The translations under genes and the position numbers were made by a program. Below the pieces are notes generated by a model. It made no database searches and was not told the origin of the DNA. It saw only the letters and a list, made by a program, of their open reading frames with translations. A stretch of DNA of 63,997 nt, counting the filler, from Catajapyx aquilonaris (lineage: Eukaryota), in assembly GCA_000934665.2 (NCBI GenBank). It is 3 parts of 3 records of this genome, joined end to end, with 100 filler letters (N's around TTAATTAATTAA, not from the genome) between each part and the next. Parts side by side here need not be neighbours in the genome. Positions count along the whole stretch, not along the records: positions 21,392 to 42,670 come from JYFJ02006096.1; 2 more parts are not named here. One strand, 5' to 3'. This document shows positions 25,420-38,796 of this stretch, piece by piece; position 1 is the first letter of the stretch; every line of letters begins with the position of its first letter.

Positions 25420-25855
25420 CAGGGTGAAGGGAAACTCACGCCAAATCGCCAGGTAGACTGATAGTGCTCATAAAACTAATATAGGGATGTGCAATTCGTT
25501 TTGGGCTCCTTTGCATAGTTAATGCGTACAGCACTGTCAAAGTTTCGTGACGTCACTAAGAAGCAAAAGTCAGTTCGAGGGCCTCCGGTCTCTTGCCTTG
25601 GTCCCCTAACACATTGTCCACGATTGTCCGTGTGCAAAAGGTGATCAAATCCTGTCAGAGTAAGAATCTGGGTACGGCACCCGTGCACTTTGTCGTTTTT
25701 TTACCTCATATTGTACCATCCAGCCCTCTACACTTTAATGGCGCCATATGCATTAGCTACACAATGGAGCCCAAAACCAATTGCACATCCCTATATTAGT
25801 TTTGTGAGTACTATCAGTCTACCTGGCGATTTGGCATGAGTTTCCCTTCACCATG
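25420..25855. mobile_element. Tc1/mariner-type MITE
   Basis: TIRs of ~90 bp beginning CAGGGTGAAGGGAAACTCA.GCCAAATCGCCAGGTAGACTGATAGT, TA on the left flank. Confidence 0.75.
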
Positions 25856-26395
25856 GATAACTGACACTCCACTTACAAGTTAGAGGCAAGTTGCCTTAAC
25901 TAATGAGTTCGATATGAGTCTCACATCGCATCGCAAATGGCCTGTTTAAAAGTACATTATTTCACCTTTCTCATTTAAATTTAATCCTCCCTTGTACAAT
26001 GAGGCTTCTGAGAGTGGGTGCATCCATCATATGACCCATGGTTAGGTGGATGTGTGTCGTGCAAATATTTGACAGGTCCTGGGGCAGCCCAAGGATGTTT
26101 CCTTATTAATTGGCTTGCAGAGTAGGACACAAGTGTCCTCTTTCTATTTTGCATTACTTTATAGTAAATTTCGAGCCTGACAAAACTTCAGATGCTCTCA
26201 GGTTCACTAAATCTAGCAGGTTAAAAAAGAATTATGCATCCCTATGTGGTTGGTAGCAGAATATTGTTTTTCTGTCACTATAAAACATGTAAAAAAATTA
26301 CATTAGGTTGTGTCAGGGACACAAGCCGCAGTTTTTGCAGGCTCAACCTACGTTATGTTTCACTTTTCTCCACTATAATGGCGGGGGCATGCAGG

Positions 26396-26650
26396 CGTGG
26401 ATACGTCTTTAAAATCGGATAAGGGGGCATGCAGGCAAACTCGAGCGTTACAGAAAAGCGTCTGTTATAGCAGACTCGGTTATAGAAGACTGTTATAATA
26501 GACTAACGCTTTTCTTGCTCGAGTTTGCCTGCATGCCCCCGCCATGGGCCCCCTGGCAGGGCCCTGCTGTAACGCTTTTCTGTAAAGCTTTTCTGTAACG
26601 CTCGAGTTTGCCTGCATGCCCCCTGATCCGATTTTAAAGACGTATCCACG
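26396..26650. repeat. Hairpin MITE-like element with internal subrepeats
   Basis: Arms of ~65 bp, CGTGGATACGTCTTTAAAATCGGAT.AGGGGGCATGCAGGCAAACTCGAGCGTTACAGAAAAGC; motif GGGGCATGCAGGC occurs four times in both orientations within 26380-26625. Confidence 0.65.
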
Positions 26651-27476
26651 TCAAAAGTGATTAGTTGACATTCATCTGGCCACCTGCATTAGCTTGTGAC
26701 TGGGTGGCCTCTCTCTTTTCTCTGGTTAAGCTTCCACTAGATCAGTTTTGGCCTTTTCCGTTAATGAAATACTTCCTTTTCGATGACCGTATTTTTTAAA
26801 TATGCCACATGCCTGTGGTTTCTTGGACCTGGAATTTTATCAGATTTTGTACCACACAGAACTTGTGCTGTTATTTTTTTTAGATTTTTGCACAAATATT
26901 TTTCATTGGAGCATTTTTCATTTTTGAGCACCATGGAACACTCGTGCATCTTCCACCTCAGCTTCCAAGTGGAGCATTTTTTAAATAGAAAAAGTAAGAA
27001 GGGGAAGGTACTCTGTGTAAGGTTAGGATTGCAGGGAAGGTTTTTCAGGACTCAGTTATCAACAGTTTCTCTGACATGCTCTGGCCACAATTGACTATGT
27101 GTGCTGTCAGGAAGGAAACAAAGGCCTTTGATTCCTCCTTGAGATTGTGACCTATATTAATGTGTTGAGCAAATCCAGAGCAAACCCTAAGACAATCTTG
27201 AACCTGAATCCCATCACTATCATGTTTTCCAACATCTTAAATAGAAGTTTTGACTGGGGATGAATTCTCATCAGAATAAAATCAAAGAGTAAATTACATC
27301 TTTGCTGTGTCTTGTATGTAGATTGCAGCAATTTTAATCACCTCAGCGACTCCCTATGCAATCTGCAACCTAGTGTCATGACAATTTAAAGTAAAATTGT
27401 ATGGAGTTGACAGCTAGATGTTTAAAAAAAGGTAAGTATGTGGTGAAGGACACAATCATCTACAGCACTCCTTTAA

Positions 27477-27595
27477 CCTCCTGAGACCCATGGTACAGTA
27501 TACTGTACCTTTGTTTTTTCCAGCACCTTCTGACTAACTCAAGCGCGTAAAAAACAAAAAAAGGTACAGTATACTGTACTCCGGGTCTCAGGAGG
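27477..27595. mobile_element. 119-bp piggyBac-type MITE, copy 2
   Basis: TTAA TSD on both sides, TIR CCTCCTGAGACCC, homologous to 11175-11293. Confidence 0.85.
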
Positions 27596-29025
27596 TTAAA
27601 GATACACTCCACTCAAAATGCAAGTTGGGCTCTAAAAATCCTGATTCCGAGGGTATAAGCAGTTTTTCTGAGAGACGAAAGGTAAGGCCAGGGCGAGGCG
27701 TTCAAGTCTCAGAATTTGCGTCGTCTGCTAATGAGCTGCTCCGATTTGCCCTAGATTTGTTTGACGCCTGTGCTTCCTTAATATCGGCTGTCAATGTTCC
27801 CACACTCAAGTTAATATAATAAAAGTTGCACAGAAACATGGAAATACCTTACTGGACCATGGCTTGCACATAAAAAAGCCAGATGCTTTGTACCCCATTC
27901 CTTTCATATGAGATCTAAAAAAAATTACATGCCGATGCCCCATCTTCATTTATTAAACAACTGACTGTGCAATTAATGTTTTACCGGTATAAGACACATC
28001 ATGTACAGTATTATTACTATCCAAGAACCCTTAATACTTTCACAAATTGTTGAATCATTTACAATGCTGTGTGTTCATAAATCGCCAAAAAATATATGCC
28101 CAAAAATCACAAGTAATAATGATTTTGAAAAGCCCCGGAAGATCAGAAACGAACGAAGGCTTCTACTTCAAAAAAAGGTCACAAGCTATAGAAGTGGTCA
28201 GTCACAGTGGGCTTTTTAGCACAATGGCAAAGAATGTTTCAGCAAAGGCAAACAGGCCGTCACAGCCAGCTGGCTGATACTATTTCGTACGAACTTCCCA
28301 AGTTTTAGGTTTACAGTTTTATGAGTCAACAATGTATTCTCTATAGCTACTCCTATGTAATTCAAATGTGGGTACTGGCCAAGCAAAATGCAGTATCGAG
28401 AAGAAATGTCATTTATGAAGAAACTAAATACGAGAACTTAGGACTAAAAGCGTGGAGTCGAGGCACGGAGTTATCATTTGTGGATTCCTAAAGCCTTCTA
28501 CACATGGGCACTAGTTTTGGTAAACAAGTAAACTTATGTTAGTCTTAAGGATCCACCAATCGGCGCAAACCTTCCCTAGTCCCCCCCCATCACCTTTGAA
28601 CGCTCCTCGCATTTCTGAATCTCGCTGCACAACGCAGAATGCAGTAATAGAATACCTCCTTATCTCCCAATTTGCTTGCTTTCTATATAGGTTTTATATT
28701 CCACTTAAGAACATTTTGAAGGACGTATGTGTCAAGGTCATATGAACTCTGTGCTGAATAGTAGGATGTACATGTACACCGATTGGCACAAAACGGTAAG
28801 AAAATCTACGGAAGGCAGATATGGCCTGAGAGTGTCTTCATGCGAAAGTACGTAATGATGGTACAATAAACATATCCGATGCAGTTTGGACGTCATCGCT
28901 ACCTTGGTAAATCAGTAGGCCTATATGTCAAATACTGTACTGTACTTCGCTTTCTTACGTAGGATGGGGCAACTCTCACATGTAAGATGTAATGATTAAC
29001 AGGTATATATCATGACTGTGTAGAT

Positions 29026-29387
29026 CAGGGGTGGGCAAACTACGGCCCGCGAAGACAATTTGTGCGGCCCGCGCAAAAATTTCGGTAAGCTTATTCCTGA
29101 AAATGTTGAAAAATTAATATTGCAACATTTTATGCCTGTGCCTTTTTTTTCATTCTTTTAAAATATTGTTTTCTATTTATACATGCCATTTTCATCGATA
29201 TATTTAGGTAATGCTATCGATTTTCAGAGAATTTAATGCTAATGCAATTAATGGAAGTTCATTTAAAACGATGGATATATAATTGTAAACGTTTTTATAA
29301 GTTGAAATTTCTTTTGTCAGATGCGGCCCGTCAATTTTATTAAACTCTCTATGCGGCCCACGGAGAAAAAAAGTTTGCCCACCCCTG
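29026..29387. mobile_element. hAT (Buster/Charlie-type) MITE
   Basis: TIR CAGGGGTGGGCAAACT / AGTTTGCCCACCCCTG, GCGGCCC subterminal motifs, perfect 8-bp TSD GTGTAGAT. Confidence 0.9.
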
Positions 29388-29402
29388 GTGTAGATACTGT
29401 AA

Positions 29403-29563
29403 AGGCCATTTCACAAAAAAATGTCGCGCGGCAAACGGCGCGCGTTGCGGCAAATTTATTATTTATATTTATTATTGCCAACAATTGGCAACAATAAATA
29501 TAAATAAAAAATTTGCCGCAACGCGCGCCGTTTGCCGCGCGACATTTTTTTGTGAAATGGCCT
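29403..29563. mobile_element. PIF/Harbinger (Tourist-like) hairpin MITE
   Basis: Near-perfect palindrome AGGCCATTTCACAAAAAAATGTCGCGCGG..., TSD TAA. Confidence 0.85.
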
Positions 29564-29713
29564 TAACACAAACTTGAGAGATATACTGGGTGTTTCATAA
29601 CTGATTAAGACAATCTTTGGGCACCAGTAGGTCGTTTTGTGTGGAGGTGTCCTTTGGCATTCGCAGCCGCGTCATTACTGAGATATTCAGCAACAGTAAT
29701 AATAATCAGAATC

Positions 29714-29969
29714 ACCGAAGCAGGTTGGTGTAGGGGATAAGGAGCCCGCCTGCTAATCGGAATGTCCTGGGTTCGAATCCCGGGGCCGGCGACCCTGACC
29801 ATGGTTTTTTGTGGTTTTCCATGGTCCCCTCCAGGACAATTCCGGGGTCGCTTCCGTAAAAATAGGCCGCTTCCTTCCTTCCCTATTCCTGGTCTCATCT
29901 AATGGTGGTAATCCACCCCCCTAAGGGAGCCTAAGGCTCTAGCACGGGGTATGAAATAATAATAATAAT
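29714..29969 (+). mobile_element. tRNA-derived SINE
   Basis: B-box GGTTCGAATCCC, body shared with 16905-17185, (AAT)n tail. Confidence 0.8.
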
Positions 29970-30900
29970 CAAAATAATAGTGCAGTCTACAACACCCCTA
30001 TCGCCTAGGCGACTGCCGCCTCTACACTTCATGAAATCGCTCGGTGTTTGAATTTATGAAATTTATTGAAATGTGGTCCAGACTCCTGCATTTTGTGGAA
30101 ATCGATATCTTGTTGGCATACGATCTAGCACCTGTACATGTTTGAGTGAGTCTTAGTACGTCTAAACACGTTAGTTACAGGCTTCGGCAATGTTTAACTA
30201 ACAGCAAAATTGTGGAGCAACTAACATTAGGCTGGGATTATCAAAGAGTAGAAAAAATAAGCTACATAACCGCAAACCTTAGTTGAGTTTAAATTCACCC
30301 GTCGCATTTGCACAAAACTACCTATGAAAATAATTACCGCATTAATATAGACCTATACTTGTAGCGGCTACTATTGAAATTAATGAAAGAATTAAGTTAC
30401 AATACCTCACATAAAGTGAAATGGGATTTTAAAATTGAATTCGAACAGGAATGAAAGTGCTCTTATCCTTATAAAGAACCAAGCTCACCTGTAGAGTGCT
30501 CCAACCTCCAAATGTAATATATTAGGCCTGACACCTCTGTGGCAGTGCAGGTCACAAAATTCTTATACTGATGATAATTATATAGGCTATATAATTATAT
30601 TTTTTTTGCAGTAGGATCCCTTTCGGATGGAAAACAATCGTAATAGTAATTTAAGTAACCTTGCAAGTAGTCAAGCGCATCGAGACCTGTAAATCACACA
30701 ATTCACTAAGCTTTTCGTTTCATCTACGGGCAGCTATATTTAAGTTGCTATGGGATTTCCAGAGACGTTGCACTAAGCCGTCTCCCGCCAGAGACAATTG
30801 ATATGAAAGAGATCCGTATATAGAACCCCAAATTGGCTAGACAATCGCTAACAGTAATAACCCAAGGCAAAGTACCAAAATAGGTTACCAGATGGGTTCC

Positions 30901-31028
30901 ATGATGATGATGATGATGATTATTATTATGACTATTATTATGAGTAATATTATTATTATTATTATTATGATTATTATTATGATTATTATTATGATTATTA
31001 TGATTATTATGATGGTTATTATTATTAT
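30901..31028. repeat. Compound (ATG/ATT)n microsatellite
   Basis: Directly visible. Confidence 0.95.
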
Positions 31029-31826
31029 GGGTGTTTTTTTTACAGGGATTTGTGCATCTTCGTATATTCCAGGATAATTCAATCTCAACAGGAAGCTCTG
31101 CAGTGGTACGTACAATATCGCGCCTGCACAACCAATAATATTGTGTCGAGTCAATTGATTCGCCTTCAAAAGAGCTAGGGTAATTCAATACACTTGGGCG
31201 AGAGGGGTATTCGCAGATGTACGTTACGCAACACGGACTGGAGCTAGGCAGCAGTAGGCCTATACTGTAAGGCTATATAGTATCCAGAGGTTTTTTTTTA
31301 TCAAAGCTGTCTGAAAATGGGATGCCTTTATATAGTATTTTGAAGCTTTCAGCCTCGTGTGCGCTATTCAGGGCCAGGTTCCATAACAAGGAAGGCGGTA
31401 TCATCGCTCAAGGCAAGTTGATTCGGGACAACTTAATTGTACGAAAATTGCAATCCCTGCATCTCAAGAGAGGATATTTCCGTAAAAAATGCTTTTTGGA
31501 GTGCAGGAGTCTGGCGACACAACCTCCGCCAGGGAAATATTCATGCATTTGTTAGACTTGCAATATATTCGTACTTGTGGTCATGCATCACAAAAATACC
31601 AATCAAATATCGACGTAGTGATAGAGTGTTTACTACTGTCTACACTGCCATTATTGGTGAACCTGAAACTATGGTGAAATAAACTTATTTATAGAACAAA
31701 TGAAAATGTCAACAACATATTATTGTCAGTTTCGAGCACTATACTTATCCAGTGGATCCCATTTATTCATCCCTTAAAAAAAGATTTCTTCCTAAGGAAC
31801 TACTTAAAATTTTCTACATTTGCAGC

Positions 31827-34800
31827 ATGGACGGGAAGAAGAAGGCAGCTATTGAAGTGTACGCTAGAATTAAGCCACCCGCGAAGAATGTTCCATGCTG
31901 GGTAAGGAAATTTATTAATAATAATATTGGTCAATTCATATTTCCTGTGATGTAACCAAACCATTTCTCTACCACCTCATGTGCAGAATCATACTATTGC
32001 AAGTAGCCTTATGGAGGAATGGCAAATGTTGTACATGACCCGATGCCGTGACAATAGTAAGATAGATGGACACTCATACAGGTATGGTGTTTCTTCTTAA
32101 CTTTTTCGTCCTCAGTCCATATTATAACCTAATCTAACGTATATGGTTTGAAACCTTGATTTGCTGGGCAGTCATATTTAGGTCGAAATTTAGTTACAGG
32201 TATTATAGGTCATATAAATATTATGTCAAGGCCTATTTTCAATAATATTCGACTAGCATGAGTCCTGATTGACTCAATTGATTACAGGTTCAGCCGTGTT
32301 TTTACACCGGATGTGAACCAAGAAGAGGTTTTTGAAATCATGGGAAAGCCTGTAGTAGAAAGGTAAGAGACGAATCCTAATCCGGCCATTATCTAGCTGT
32401 TAAGAAAGGCGCGCATTTGATGAACTTAGGCGCCCCTTCAACTTACGTTAGTACTCTCGTAACACAAGATGTTTGCCGGGGTGGTGGTAGTAATATCTTT
32501 TTAATACCCATCAAAAGAGCTGTAGCGCAGTATTTCATTCTGGAATTTGTATAACGCTGGATGTCCGGGTTTGTACTGTACCCTATATATGGATCCTAGG
32601 GCTTGAGCATGTTATTAGTGTAAAAGCAACATGAGCCAAATTTATAGTCGTTGGAGTGTGGGCTTCCTTACCCTAGCGGAATGTGGAATTGAGCCCCGGA
32701 GCCTACAAGCCATTAGTACTTTTGCAATAGAAAGGAAGCATAACATTCTCGTGGATATACAAGAACAACGTCACAGGCTATTGATCTAGGTTTGCTTGAG
32801 ATTTCAGAGTAACATTCGCCTCTCTCACGGCCTGCCACATTTTCATCATCGAGAGCCCCGAGTGAAACTCGAGCACATGCATCCATCAGAAATGCGCGAT
32901 ATATTAGAGGCCCTCCACCGGCTATTTCGAGTAATACTTCGATTTTCCAATCTTCCGTCTTCTTAAGACATCGGATGACTTTTTGGAGCTTCCGTGATGA
33001 TGTTGAACTTATTTATGATTCACAACTTGTGCAGCCACGCTGCAAACATCTGCTAATGTAGTTGGTAGCGGGGTCCTAACTTAATAAACCGCAACGATAC
33101 CAACTTTCACTCCGAGCAGTAAATCGAGCAAATATGAGGAGAACTTGGTGGCAAATGCGTCATAACGATACTGTAGGCTATACAGCGGGGCGTGCCGATG
33201 GGTCTGCCGGCAAATAATCAAGTCATCATAAGTGACGGAAATTGCATTCCCTGAAGCAAATTCCATTAGTCGCGATCTCTGTTCCACTGCGATTTATCCC
33301 GCTCGGTTTCAAATGGGATGCAAATGAAGCTTCGTGTGTTTATGTCTTTGCAAAATTTGGACATATATTTTTTTTTTCCTTGCCCTCGATTCATGTGCTG
33401 GATTTTCCACAGAGTTCTGAATGGATACAACGGGACCATATTTGCTTACGGCCAGGTAAGTGTGTGTGGATTTGTATATTGATAATCATTAGATGCGACC
33501 TTAATTGGCTTCTTTTAGACTGGAGCAGGGAAGACCTATTCTATGACAGGAGGCGATATGGGTGAGATAGGATTGATTCCTAGAGCTTTGTCCTACATGT
33601 TCTCCAAATTTCGCGAGGTAAGCTTTGAGATATAGATTGAAAGGCTGTTAATCAATCTCATGAATATTCATTGTGACCTCGACAGAATACCACCTGTAAG
33701 CATTCGGTCTACCTATCCTATCTTGAGATTTACAACGAGAACGGATACGATCTCATTTGTCCTAGAAAGACTGACATCCTTGGGATAGAAGAGGTCCCGT
33801 GAGTATCCCATCTTCCCTAATGGGCCAATAAGTAATGAGAGGTGTACAGTGGAGTCTGAGCTAACCTAAGTGGATATTATGAACCGGATTTTCATTCGGG
33901 CTTACCGTTATACTGCCTGGAATTCTTCATGCAGTGGTCCTAGCTCGCTCGAGGCACCTTCCACTTGTTATTGTCGTTTCAAATCTGCCATGCTTTTCCT
34001 GAATACAAGTTTTAATTACCTAGTGGTTCCAAAAACATGCCAGAAGCTGAAAAACAATATTATTATCCCAGCCCATATTTGCTTATTTATTTCCTTAATT
34101 GCATTAATGCATTCACAGAAAGGTAGTTTTGATGGAAGACGCCGAACAAAACCTGCACTTGAAGAATGTGAGTGTGATGCCTGTCCTTTCTGAAGATGAC
34201 GCTTTGGCCTTGTTGCTTCTAGGACAAAAGCGGAGGTGAGTAGTTAGCAATCCGGTAGAAAGCGAGGAGCTGATGTGATTTGTTTCAGGGCAACTGCGAT
34301 AACCCCGATGAACCTGTCATCGACCCGGTCCCATTGTCTCTTCACAATATACGTTATTTCTAGAGAGGAGGGATCGTGCGTGACCAAGAAATCGAAACTT
34401 CACATGGTGGACTTGGCAGGGTTTGTTCTACAAGTTTGGCTGGCTACAGACCACAAAACTGTAATTATTTTTTTTCCAGCTCGGAGCGAGTTCACAAGTG
34501 CAAAGTGCTTGGAAAAACTTTGAATGAGGCTAAAAGCATCAATCGTGCCTTGCACTTTTTGGAAAACGTAATCATGGCTCTGGGTGAGAAAAAGAGGCAC
34601 CATGTTCCATATAGGAACAGCATGATGACTTCTATCCTTCGGGACAGCTTAGGAGGAAACTGTCTGACTACTATGCTGGCTAATGTGTCCTTGGAGGAAG
34701 TCAACTGGGAGGTGCGAAATAATAGCTCTTCAATGGTTTTGACCAACTTTCTGATCATTTCCTTTATTCGCCCCAGGAGTCGGTGTCGACGTGCAGGTTT

Positions 34801-37299
34801 TCCCAAAGAGTATCTCTGGTGGAAAATTTGGCCAAAATCAATGAGGTCCAAGATCCGTTCGTGTTGTTGAGCAAACTACGCGATGAAGTGTGTCGGCTTA
34901 AACAGGAATTGGCTCTGGCTAATGGCCTACAGGTTAACACCAGATTATTTAACCCATTACATAATTCCTAATTTAGATCCGATTATTGAAAATCTGAGAC
35001 ACATGGTATACATGGAAAAAAAGTTTCGGACAAACGTATCCTGTCGTTAAAATAGTACTCTATCAATGTGAAGGTTGAGAAATAAAGTTCCTTCCCCTTG
35101 CTATAGTGCTTATGTTGTATAGAGGCACGATATATTTATCTGAAATCTGAAATACAGTATACCTACTTGAAAGAAATGATCGTTTTATCTGGGTGGCAAG
35201 TCATGAGGAAGTGATGAAACGGAAAAGTCTTATGCCTAAAAATGTGTTCCTACCAATTGTTTTGGACACTAATTTCCTGTTCAGGAACAACATTAATTTC
35301 CTTGTTACTCGTGTATGCCTTCATCATGGGTGAATGTGTAAGTTTCATGTAGGAATACTCTGACGAGTTGACTGAAGAGGAAGTACGACAATGCCGCCTG
35401 CAGATCGCGGAATATTTGAATAACCCCAACCCTGCTAGTTGTGACATACCAGTGGAAGCTGACATGCGCAAGATCAAACTAGCCTTCCAGCTAGTGAGGA
35501 ATGAACTATCCCCAGTTCATCCCAAAAACCAACCAAAAACAAGCCGGGAGGAACAAACAAGACTGGGAGAAAAGAAAGCTTCTCCCCGAAACATTGAAGC
35601 CCAAAAGTTAATCAGACAGCGAGACATGGAAATCAGTATCCTTTTTCTCGGTTCTATGAGTGACTTTAAAAAAATAAATAACAAGTACTTAACACTATCA
35701 TAGAGATACTCATCGACTTGCTTCATAAGGAAAAGAATAACTCTCCCGCCAGCCTGTCAAGTAGCACCGACATCAGTGCATCACTCCTCCTACACACTTC
35801 TTCATCTCTTGTCCGGATCACAGATGATGAAAGTATGGCCACATTTTTATATCGAAATCGCAGATTCTCAGAGTTAAGCAATCAAAAGTGCAAAATGTAG
35901 ACTTTAAACTCCTTGCAGTGTTTTAGTATTCACATCTAGGCAGGAAAATCGGCTTTATAAGAAAGGTCTTGTCAACTCCTTACAGTTCAGCATATAAACC
36001 CTCGCCTGGCTTTTAACATTTAAGCTCCTTATAGGTAGACAGCAGTGTACCAGGACTCATTATTATGCAGTTAATAATAATAATAATAACAACTATTTTC
36101 ACTCTTCACAGGCGATTCTTTGAGGAATGCGAAGAGAGAAGCCCTCAAGGAACGGCTTTCAGTCTTGTATGCTAAAGGGAAAACCGGTGCTGATAGCATC
36201 AGGAAGTGTCGGGATAAAATTAGTAAGTATCTCTCCAGCAGTCATAATTACGCAGACATAATATTACGCCTATTGATTTAAAGGCCTGGCAGCATATGTT
36301 GTCTTCACTCGAGTCGTTAAACCCAACTAACTAACCAACCAAAGGGGGTGCCGTTTTGTAGCACATTGTAACATACCAATAAGCTTCTGGGCTTCTATGT
36401 GGAGTCAAATAATATTGCTTGCACATCACAAAGCACGGTTTATCGACGGTTCTGCTGGCTCCGGCTGTTGGTTTCCCCTTAGTAGCTTCAAAATATGCAG
36501 GATTTTACAGAAGCGTGCGATATGTAACATGTCAGTTAATCTTAATGTAACTACGAAGTAATGCCTGCGTTTTGCCTAATTGGATATAAAATAATTTTAT
36601 ATATACTGTATAATGTAACATCTTCGTGAGGCGCCAGCCCGGAGTTCCCCCCTTCATCTCGTACAGAGTTTGGGGCCATCTCTGACTTCGTCTTGACTTA
36701 TTATGTAACATCTTCACATAAACAGTACAGTTTATGGCATTCATTTATGGACCTCATGCCATTGGGACTTTACCTTCAGCGCCACATGCCTTTCAAGCGC
36801 TTACTTGTGTGATGGGCTGTAATTTTTATATTCCCTGCCAAAGTATGACTACTAGGCTACAAGCGGAAGCTTGCACATTAGCTATAAAAAACTGTATTCC
36901 CTATACACATCTTGAATAATGGATGCCAGGAAAGTGCTTCAATTTTTGAAAGGAATACTGTCAGAGCACTACAGCAATTCGGAGCCGCACGTACCCTGAC
37001 CTCTAAGCTCTAACACTGTTATCACTTTATTGAAAGCAGTGCCAGAAATATGGTGCAAAATGAGCAGTTGCCAATTCAATATTTTAAAGGAAGAGCACCA
37101 TCCCTGCAACATCAATAATGTAGCAAAATTATACATTACCTGCTAAGGCTTGATTGCATGGACGCAATGTAAACCCAAGGAAAAGAGGAGCTGTCAAAAA
37201 ATGAAACTGCCGAAAAATATGTCATTTTCGGGAGTCGAGTTGTATGAATGAATATCACTTGCACTCAAATATGTCCGCAGAATAAATCTGAGAACGGGG

Positions 37300-37330
<31 letters not shown>

Positions 37331-38796
37331 ATATCCCGAGAGGGCCGAGAATAAATGAGCAGTTTCATCTCGGGCCAGTTGCTAACAACTTTTCTAGAAC
37401 ATCCTTGGCTCGACCATTGAGCTCGATGACAGGCGCCCAGCATGAATGCCACCATGCAATAGTGGCCTCTGTAAACTCAATCACGTCATTGATGAAGCCT
37501 ATCACACTTACGGAAACCAGTCCTTCTTGCATGCGTTTCCTTCCGGCCAAATCGAGGGTCGAGCAATCTCACTTTGTTTATTATTTATTTATTTTGTGGG
37601 GGGTCCCCCCGGAATCGTCCCAAATGTATCCGCGCCCTGGCTGCAATTTGGGAGATAGTTCTGGTAAATTCAAGTGAAAAGGTAAAAGACGGCGTAAGTA
37701 GAAATCCGGGGTGTTCGGGAGAAAATATCTTGCTTTCCCTCAGGAAATAAGTGTAATCAAGAGCTATTAGCTCTTGTTGTAATTATATAGGAATACTTAC
37801 GTTTAGGGACAATTCCATGGCAGATTTGATAAAATGTGCACTCACACATCGTTATTTGTGTATAGATCCTAGATTTTGTTCCCGGAAAATGCAGTATTTG
37901 GGAAAATTTGCGTTCAAACAAATTGACCGGATTTTTATTTTGCAGGTTTTCTCAAACACCACTTGCATGATCAGGAAGCCAGTATTGACATAGATGACGT
38001 AAATTCACTGGTTCAGAGGAAAGAACTACTTGAGAGTCTGTCAGCTGAGAAGTCGATGTTAGAAGCTGAGGTTTCGAAGCTGAAAAAGGTCAAAGAGGAC
38101 GTGTATGAAATTCAACACGAAATTGTGTCGTTGGAAAAAGACAGAAAAGCTTCGAAGGCGGTGATACCAAAACGTTCTTGTTCCGACACAGCTGTCATCA
38201 CAACCAAGTCATTGAACAAATTTGCATCACATCCTCTCGGGTTGTCAGATGTGAAGGTACCCGGTAGTACCTTCTGGTGGGAGCAAGCCAGATCCAAAAT
38301 AGTACAAGCCATGTCAAAGGATATGACATCCTCAACAACAACCTCTGGTATTTCATCATTTCCCACTCCAGAGGATGTTCCAACAGAACTGGCTTCAGCA
38401 GAGGATACTTCAACTACCTTCAATATCAGAACCAAGAGAAACACCACTGACACCAAGAGAAACCCCACTGACACCAAGAGCACCACCACTGGCACCAAGA
38501 GCAACACCACTGGCACCAAGAGCAACACCACTGTCACCAAGAGCAACACCACTGGCACCAAGAGCAACACCACTGGCACCAAATGTGACGAGAACGGCAG
38601 AAGCAAGGGCAACGGCAAGAGCAAAGGCAGGAGCAACGACAATAGCAACGACAGCGACAACGACAACTGCAACATGGGGGCTCAGCCTGCCACGATCATG
38701 TTGACTGGAGACGAAGAAACAGACGAAGACATCCTAGCTTTTTGCAAGGCCCGGCGCCGTGTTCTGAGTCACATGAAAGTTCTCCGAAAGAAATAG
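31827..38796 (+). CDS. KIF6: Kinesin-9 family motor KIF6, 14 coding exons, 836 aa in my model
   Basis: Exons 31827-31901, 31987-32081, 32288-32362, 33413-33455, 33519-33617, 33686-33798, 34119-34235, 34289-34420, 34480-34711, 34777-34932, 35353-35635, 35704-35832, 36112-36222, 37946-38796. All are GT-AG and phase-compatible (2511 nt). Motifs GYNGTIFAYGQTGAGKT, SYLEIYNENGYDL, SSTRSH, DLAGSER, HVPYRNSMMTSILRDSLGGNC and the KIF6-type C-terminus LTGDEETDEDILAFCKAR. Confidence 0.93.
38431..38583 (+). repeat. Coding 21-bp minisatellite (7 copies, TKSNTTG-like heptapeptide) in the KIF6 last exon
   Basis: Unit ACCAAGAGCAACACCACTGGC and variants. Confidence 0.9.

Noticed and set aside
30748..31188. 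Poly-Asn/His/Ile ORFs
   Set aside because: Translations of the ATG/ATT microsatellite.
38112..38704. Antisense and alternative-frame ORFs over the KIF6 last exon
   Set aside because: Shadows of the 21-bp coding repeat.
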